From Chloroflexota bacterium (GTDB lineage Bacteria > Chloroflexota > Limnocylindria > P2-11E), in the NCBI GenBank assembly GCA_034666765.1, contig JAXDLF010000024.1, forward strand, positions 1-39,239: a stretch of DNA of 39,239 bases, in the 5' to 3' direction. The translations under genes were made by a program, and so were the position numbers. This document shows positions 34,505 through 39,239 of this stretch, piece after piece. Below the pieces are notes generated by a model. That model searched no databases and had not been told where the DNA came from. It saw nothing but the letters and a program-made list of their open reading frames with translations. How positions within the stretch are numbered: position 1 is the first letter of the stretch; each line of letters begins with the position of its first letter.

Positions 34505-35927
34505 CGACCCGCGGGACGAGCGCGGGCTCGTCGTCGACGCGCTGCGCCTCGCGCTGCGCGAGGCCGAGACGTACCTCTCGACGCTCGACACCGATCGCGT
34601 CGGGGGCGAGGCGACCTTCCGCCTGGCCGAGGCCCTCGGCGGCTCGCTGCCGGAGCGGGGTGCCGGGACGCTCGCGGCGATCCGCGAGCTGGCGGCCGCG
34701 CATCCGGCGGCGCTGCGGTCGTCGGGGCCGCGGTTCTTCCACTGGGTCGTCGGTGGCGGCACACCGGCGGCGCTCGCGGCCGATTGGCTCACGTCGGCGT
34801 ACGACCAGAACGCGTTCGCCTGGGAGTCGTCCCCGCTCGGCACGCGACTCGAGGAGCTCGCCATCGAGTGGCTCAAGGACCTCTTCGCGCTGCCGCCGGC
34901 GTGGGGCGGTGTCCTGACGACGGGCGCGACGATGGCGAACTTCACCGGACTCGCGGCGGGACGGCGGTGGTGGGCCGAGCGTCACGGCGTGGACGTCGAC
35001 GCGCGTGGCTTCGGTGGACTACCCGCGGTCCCGGTGCTCTCGAGCGGGTACATCCACTCGTCGGCGACGAAGGCCCTCGCGATGCTCGGCATCGGCCGCG
35101 AGTCGGTGCGGCGCTTCGCGCTCGACGACATCGGCCGGCTCGACCTGGGCGCGCTCGAGGCGGCGTTGCGCGAGCTCCGCGGCGCGCCGGCGATCCTCGT
35201 CGCGAACGCCGGCGAAGTGAACGCGGGCGACTTCGATCCGATCAACGCCATGGCCGACCTCGCTGCCACGTACGGCGCGTGGCTCCACGTCGACGGCGCG
35301 TTCGGCCTCTTCGTGCGCGTCACGCCGGCCGCGGTCGAGCCGGGCGATGGGATCGAGCGCGCCGATTCCGTCACCTCCGACGGTCACAAGTGGCTCAACG
35401 TTCCCTACGACTCCGGCTTCGCGTTCGTCCGCGACTTGCGCCTCCTTGCCGGAGCGTTCGCGCTGAGCGGCGCGTACCTACCGGTCCCCGGGGACCACGC
35501 GAGCTTCGGCTATCTGGGCCCCGAAGCGTCGCGCCGCGCTCGCGGTCTCGCGGTGTGGGCGACCCTGCGCGCGTACGGACGCGAGGGCTACCGGTCGATG
35601 GTCGAGCGGCACCTGGCGCTCGCCCGACGGCTCGCGCTGCGGGTCGACGACGCACCGGATCTGGAGCGCCTGGCCGACGTGCGCCTGAACATCGTCTGCT
35701 TCCGCTTCCGCCCGGCCGGCGTCGCCGAGGCCGACCTCGACGGACTGAACACGCGGATCGGGAAGGCCATTCTCGAGGATGGCCGGGTGTACGTGGGTAC
35801 GACGCGCTATGGCGGAAAGGTCGCCTTCCGGCCGGCCATCGTGAACTGGCGCACCACCGCGGCGGACGTCGACCTCATCACCGACGTCGTCCGCGAGCTC
35901 GGCGCCCGCGCGCTCGTCCCGGCCTAG
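34503..35927 (+). CDS. Group II pyridoxal-dependent decarboxylase (start codon unresolved)
   Basis: SDGHKWLNVPYDSG (PLP lysine), HVDGAFG, GVLTTGATMANF. The homologous N-terminus (GPRFFHWVVGGGTPAALAADWLTSAYDQN) is encoded in frame from about 34503, but the first ATG/GTG/TTG is at 34932. Coordinates give the homology-supported extent. Confidence 0.8.
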   Translation, partial: SDPRDERGLVVDALRLALREAETYLSTLDTDRVGGEATFRLAEALGGSLPERGAGTLAAIRELAAAHPAALRSSGPRFFHWVVGGGTPAALAADWLTSAYDQNAFAWESSPLGTRLEELAIEWLKDLFALPPAWGGVLTTGATMANFTGLAAGRRWWAERHGVDVDARGFGGLPAVPVLSSGYIHSSATKALAMLGIGRESVRRFALDDIGRLDLGALEAALRELRGAPAILVANAGEVNAGDFDPINAMADLAATYGAWLHVDGAFGLFVRVTPAAVEPGDGIERADSVTSDGHKWLNVPYDSGFAFVRDLRLLAGAFALSGAYLPVPGDHASFGYLGPEASRRARGLAVWATLRAYGREGYRSMVERHLALARRLALRVDDAPDLERLADVRLNIVCFRFRPAGVAEADLDGLNTRIGKAILEDGRVYVGTTRYGGKVAFRPAIVNWRTTAADVDLITDVVRELGARALVPA

Positions 35928-35935
35928 GCGCGGCC

Positions 35936-36385
35936 GTGCCATGTCCCGAATGCGGCGGGGGCGGCGTCGCGACGAGCGAGGCGTGCGACGTGCGGTTCCA
36001 CGCACTCGGCATGGAGCGGTTCGACGATTCGGAGCTCGCGTCGGACTGGCGGCTCATCGTCGACTGCTACGCCGTGCAGCACGACGCGTACATCCGCTCG
36101 ACCCGATCGCTGGCGGCGCACCTGACCGGCGTCTGCATCGGCGTCGAGCGCGGCGGCGATCCGGCGTTGCTGCGCGCGGTGCAGCGGTGGCTCGGGGGCA
36201 CCCACGAGCTGCCGAAGCCCGCGGTGCCGGTTCGGCGCGGTGACGTGACGATCGACGACGTGATCGCGGCCGCGCCCGAGGAGCGCCACGCCGTCGTGCG
36301 GCGGTGGGCCGGCGCGGTGTGGGCCGCCTGGGCGGAGCACCAGGCCCTCGCGCGGAGCTGGATCGCCGGCGCGAACGCGCGCTAG
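35936..36385 (+). CDS. Small CxxC protein, DUF5946-like (tentative)
   Basis: GTG 35936. CPECG...C..RFH at the N-terminus, then VDCYAVQHDAYIRSTRSLAAHLTGVCIGVERG, resembling DUF5946 from memory. Confidence 0.5.
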   Translation: MPCPECGGGGVATSEACDVRFHALGMERFDDSELASDWRLIVDCYAVQHDAYIRSTRSLAAHLTGVCIGVERGGDPALLRAVQRWLGGTHELPKPAVPVRRGDVTIDDVIAAAPEERHAVVRRWAGAVWAAWAEHQALARSWIAGANAR

Positions 36386-36434
36386 ATCGGCGGACGTACG
36401 ATGCCGGCGCTCATCGACGCGTGGGAGGCTACCG

Positions 36435-36836
36435 ATGCTCGGCGATGACCTGGTGTTCCCGATCCTCTTGTCGACGGACCTGGTGGCGAGCCGGGCGTTC
36501 TACCACGACACCCTCGGACTCGACATCCTGCGCGAGGACGAGGAGCGGATCATGTTCCGCTGCGGCGGCGGGTCGCTGCTCACGGTCACCCGCAGCACGA
36601 CGGGGACGGCCGACACGCAGACCCAGCTCGCCTGGCGCGTGCCCGATCTGGTGGCCGAGCTGGCCGACCTTCGCGCCCGCGGGGTGCCGATCCAGGAATA
36701 CGACCTGCCCGATCCGAAGACCGAGGGCGGGATCGCCGACATGGGCTTCGCCTGGGCCGCCTGGATCGTCGATCCGAGCCGGAACGTCCTCGGGATCGTG
36801 CAGCCGAAAAGTCCCGCGCCGGGGCCCTCGGCCTAG
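36435..36836 (+). CDS. VOC (glyoxalase/bleomycin-resistance/dioxygenase) family protein
   Basis: GGGAGG RBS 7 nt upstream. SRAFYHDTLGLDILRED and WIVDPSRNVLGIVQ are typical VOC beta-alpha-beta-beta-beta modules. Confidence 0.8.
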   Translation: MLGDDLVFPILLSTDLVASRAFYHDTLGLDILREDEERIMFRCGGGSLLTVTRSTTGTADTQTQLAWRVPDLVAELADLRARGVPIQEYDLPDPKTEGGIADMGFAWAAWIVDPSRNVLGIVQPKSPAPGPSA

Positions 36837-38269
36837 GAGGCCTTCACTCCGGCGACGAGCTTCGCGACCGCCTCCTTGGCGTCGCCGAACAGCATCTGGG
36901 TCTTCGGGTCGAGGTACAGGTCGTTGTCGATGCCGGCGAAGCCGGGCTTCATGCTCCGCTTGATCACGATGATCTGCTGGGCCTTGTCCACGTCGAGGAT
37001 CGGCATGCCGTAGATCGGGCTGCCCTTCGTGCTGCGCGCGGCGGGGTTGGTGACGTCGTTCGCGCCGATGACGAGAGCGACGTCCGCCCGCGGGAATTCC
37101 GGGTTCACCGCGTCCATGTCCATGAGCTTCTCGTACGGCACGTTCGCCTCGGCGAGCAGCACGTTCATGTGGCCCGGCATCCGCCCCGCGACCGGATGGA
37201 TGGCGTACACGACGTTCACGCCGCGCGACTCGAGCAGGTCGGCGAGCTCGCGGACATTGTGCTGGGCCTGCGCGACGGCGAGGCCGTAGCCCGGGACGAC
37301 GATGACGTTGCGTGCGTACGCGAGGAGCGTCGCGGCGTCCTCCGCCGTGGTCTCGCGGACCGTCCGCCCGTCGTCCGCACGCATCGCGCCGCCGGTCGCC
37401 TCGCCGCCCGCGGGGGCCGCGCCGAACGCACCGAACAGCACGTTCGCGATGGACCGGTTCATCGCCTTCGACATGAGGCGGGTGAGGATCGTGCCCGACG
37501 CGCCGACGAGCGTTCCAGCGACGATCAGGAGCTGGTTACCGAGCACGAAGCCGGCGGCCGCCACCGCGAGACCGGTGAACGCGTTCAGCAGCGAGATCAC
37601 CACCGGCATGTCCGCGCCGCCGATCGGCATCACGAGCGCGATCCCGAATAGGAGCGCGAGCACGGCGACGCCGGCCATGACCGCGAGCTGCGGCACGACG
37701 ACCATCCCGGCGACCGACGCCGTGAGCAGGAGCGAGAGCACGATCATCCCGCCGAACAGCACGCTCGTGACGATCTGCTGGCCGCCGTACTTGAAGGCCT
37801 TCGGGGTGATGAGGCCCTGGAGCTTGCCGAACGCGACCGCGCTGCCCGAGAACGAGACGGCGCCGATCATCAGTCCGAGCATCGAGCTGATCGTCTCGCC
37901 GGCGGTGACGCCGGCGCCGTCGAGGGCGCGCGTCAGCTCGAGGATCGACACGAGCGCGGCCGCGCCGCCGCCGGCGCCGTTGAACAGCGCGATCATCTGC
38001 GGCATCGCGGTCATCTTCACGAGCCGCGCGCCGACGAAGCCCGCGGCTCCGCCGACGAGGAGGCCGGCGACGGTCACGATCAGGCCGGTCGTCCCGTAGC
38101 TCTGGAACTCGATGTCGAAGAACGTCGCCGCGACCGCGAGGAGCATGCCCGCGGCGGCGATGCGGTTCCCGTTCACCGCCGTCTTCGGGCCGGAGAGGCC
38201 CTTCAGGCCGAGGATGAAGGTGATCGCGGCGATGAGGTAGGTGAGCGGGATGAGGGACCGGAGGTCCAT
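36833..38269 (-). CDS. pntB: NAD(P) transhydrogenase subunit beta
   Basis: N-terminal multi-TM region plus C-terminal dIII NADP(H) domain (VVPGYGLAVAQAQH, VYAIHPVAGRMPGHMNVLLAEA). Confidence 0.94.
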   Translation of the reverse strand: MDLRSLIPLTYLIAAITFILGLKGLSGPKTAVNGNRIAAAGMLLAVAATFFDIEFQSYGTTGLIVTVAGLLVGGAAGFVGARLVKMTAMPQMIALFNGAGGGAAALVSILELTRALDGAGVTAGETISSMLGLMIGAVSFSGSAVAFGKLQGLITPKAFKYGGQQIVTSVLFGGMIVLSLLLTASVAGMVVVPQLAVMAGVAVLALLFGIALVMPIGGADMPVVISLLNAFTGLAVAAAGFVLGNQLLIVAGTLVGASGTILTRLMSKAMNRSIANVLFGAFGAAPAGGEATGGAMRADDGRTVRETTAEDAATLLAYARNVIVVPGYGLAVAQAQHNVRELADLLESRGVNVVYAIHPVAGRMPGHMNVLLAEANVPYEKLMDMDAVNPEFPRADVALVIGANDVTNPAARSTKGSPIYGMPILDVDKAQQIIVIKRSMKPGFAGIDNDLYLDPKTQMLFGDAKEAVAKLVAGVKAS

Positions 38270-38565
38270 TATTTCCTCTGCCCGGGCTTCTGCTTGAACA
38301 TCGCGAGCATCCGGTCGGTCACCACGAAGCCGCCGACGACGTTCGCCGCGCCCAGGACGACCGCCAGGAAGCCGAGCACGAGACCCCCCGGACCGCCGAC
38401 CGCCGCGGACACGAGCATCGCGCCGATGACGATGATCCCGTGGATCGCGTTCGCGCCGGACATGAGCGGCGTGTGCAGCGTCGACGGGACCTTCGAGATG
38501 ACCTCGAAGCCGACGAAGATCGCGAGGATGAACACGTACAGGCCGACGATGGCTTCGGTGCTCAT
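38269..38565 (-). CDS. pntAB: NAD(P) transhydrogenase subunit alpha part 2 (membrane)
   Basis: 98 aa, three TM helices, LHTPLMSGANAIHGI motif. TAATG and ATGA junctions with its neighbours. Confidence 0.9.
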   Translation of the reverse strand: MSTEAIVGLYVFILAIFVGFEVISKVPSTLHTPLMSGANAIHGIIVIGAMLVSAAVGGPGGLVLGFLAVVLGAANVVGGFVVTDRMLAMFKQKPGQRK

Positions 38566-39239
38566 GCCTTCTCCAGCGCGGCCCTGGTCGCGGCGTGCAC
38601 GACCTCGCCCTGATGCGTGATGAGCGCGCCCTTGATGATCTCGTCCTCGAGGTCGAGGTTCAGCGCGCCGTCCTTCACCAGCAGCCCGAGCAGGGCGCCG
38701 ACGTTGCGCGCGTACAGCTGGCTCGCGTGGATCGAGACCGTGCTCGGCCAGTTCACCTCGCCGTGGATCGTCACGCCCTCGCGGACGACGGTCTCGCCGG
38801 GTGAGGTGAGCTCGCAGTTGCCGCCCATCTCCGCGGCGAGATCGACGACGACCGAGCCGGGCTTCATCGCCTTGACCATGCCGGCGGTCACGAGGATCGG
38901 CGCGCGCCGGCCCGGTACGAGCGCCGTCGTGATGACGACGTCGGCGTCCTTGACGTGCGCGCCGACGAGCTCCTGCTCCTTGCGGTGGGCGTCCTCGGTG
39001 AGCTCCTTCGCGTAGCCCCCGGTCCCCTCGCCCTGCTCGCCGAGGTCGATCTCGAGGAACTTCGCGCCGAGGCTCTGCACCTGCTCCTTGACGACCGGCC
39101 GGGTGTCGAACGCCTCGACGACCGCGCCGAGCCGCCGCGCCGTCGCGATGGCCTGGAGGCCGGCGACGCCGGCGCCGAGGACGAGGACCGTGGCCGGGCG
39201 GATCGTCCCCGCCGCGGTCATGAGCATCGGGAGGTAGCG
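38562..39239 (-). CDS. pntAA: NAD(P) transhydrogenase subunit alpha part 1 (dI), N-terminus outside window
   Basis: Rossmann motif VLVLGAGVAGLQAIATARRLGA and alanine-dehydrogenase/PNT C-terminal domain. The frame is open to the window edge. Confidence 0.9.
   Translation of the reverse strand, partial: RYLPMLMTAAGTIRPATVLVLGAGVAGLQAIATARRLGAVVEAFDTRPVVKEQVQSLGAKFLEIDLGEQGEGTGGYAKELTEDAHRKEQELVGAHVKDADVVITTALVPGRRAPILVTAGMVKAMKPGSVVVDLAAEMGGNCELTSPGETVVREGVTIHGEVNWPSTVSIHASQLYARNVGALLGLLVKDGALNLDLEDEIIKGALITHQGEVVHAATRAALEKA

Noticed and set aside
34480-34510. Programmed +1 frameshift fusing the ALDH to the decarboxylase
   Set aside because: The junction GGC TAC TAG C has no slippery re-pairing option for the P-site tRNA, and no upstream SD-like stimulator was seen. 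The start-codon problem is kept as a finding, but a fusion is not supported.
1-39239. Search for CRISPR repeats, tRNA/rRNA genes, IS elements, integrases and long direct or inverted repeats
   Set aside because: Intergenic space is minimal; the largest gaps are 249 and 141 bp. Neither gap shows tRNA-like T-arm/anticodon structure or spaced repeats. No transposase- or integrase-like ORF was found in any frame.

Overview
Very GC-rich, gene-dense bacterial chromosomal segment with third codon positions almost all G/C. I call 38 protein-coding genes (two cut by the window edges), two hairpin terminators and two tentative promoter/operator sites. I saw no rRNA, tRNA, CRISPR array, transposase, integrase or phage genes. 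An F420-type LLM oxidoreductase, lipobox and TAT signals and GGAGG-type RBSs suggest an actinobacterial- or Chloroflexi-like lineage; this is inference only. Left to right: M24 peptidase, EamA transporter, then a minus-strand block of rhodanese-ThiF enzyme, PDZ-less S41 lipoprotein, NTF2-like/HExxH lipoprotein, ECF sigma and S41-PDZ lipoprotein. Next comes a TGATG-coupled plus-strand triad of a 4-TM protein, an AlkZ-related winged-helix protein and a decayed-MBL/beta-propeller/S9 peptidase. It faces a class III cyclase-STAND-TPR protein. Then: a Thr-rich surface protein with an atypical sorting signal, TetR, aminotransferase, cupin, LLM oxidoreductase, a TolB-like propeller protein, a degenerate FolC-like protein, SnoaL, ASCH and DUF218 genes. 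An 8-gene minus-strand unit follows (folC, HAD, Dpp/Opp-type ABC importer, one small 2-TM ORF). The window ends with a CN-hydrolase/ALDH/PLP-decarboxylase/DUF5946/VOC cassette and pntAA-pntAB-pntB. No recognisable defence or mobile system is present. The best candidates for something undescribed are the anti-sigma-less ECF sigma embedded in a secreted-protease cluster, and the coupled triad opposite the cyclase-STAND sensor. Sequence-level oddities: two genes whose conserved N-termini precede any ATG/GTG/TTG, TAG-dominated stop usage, and terminator-less convergent junctions sharing CTAG. All functional calls come from motif reading by eye. No database search was run.
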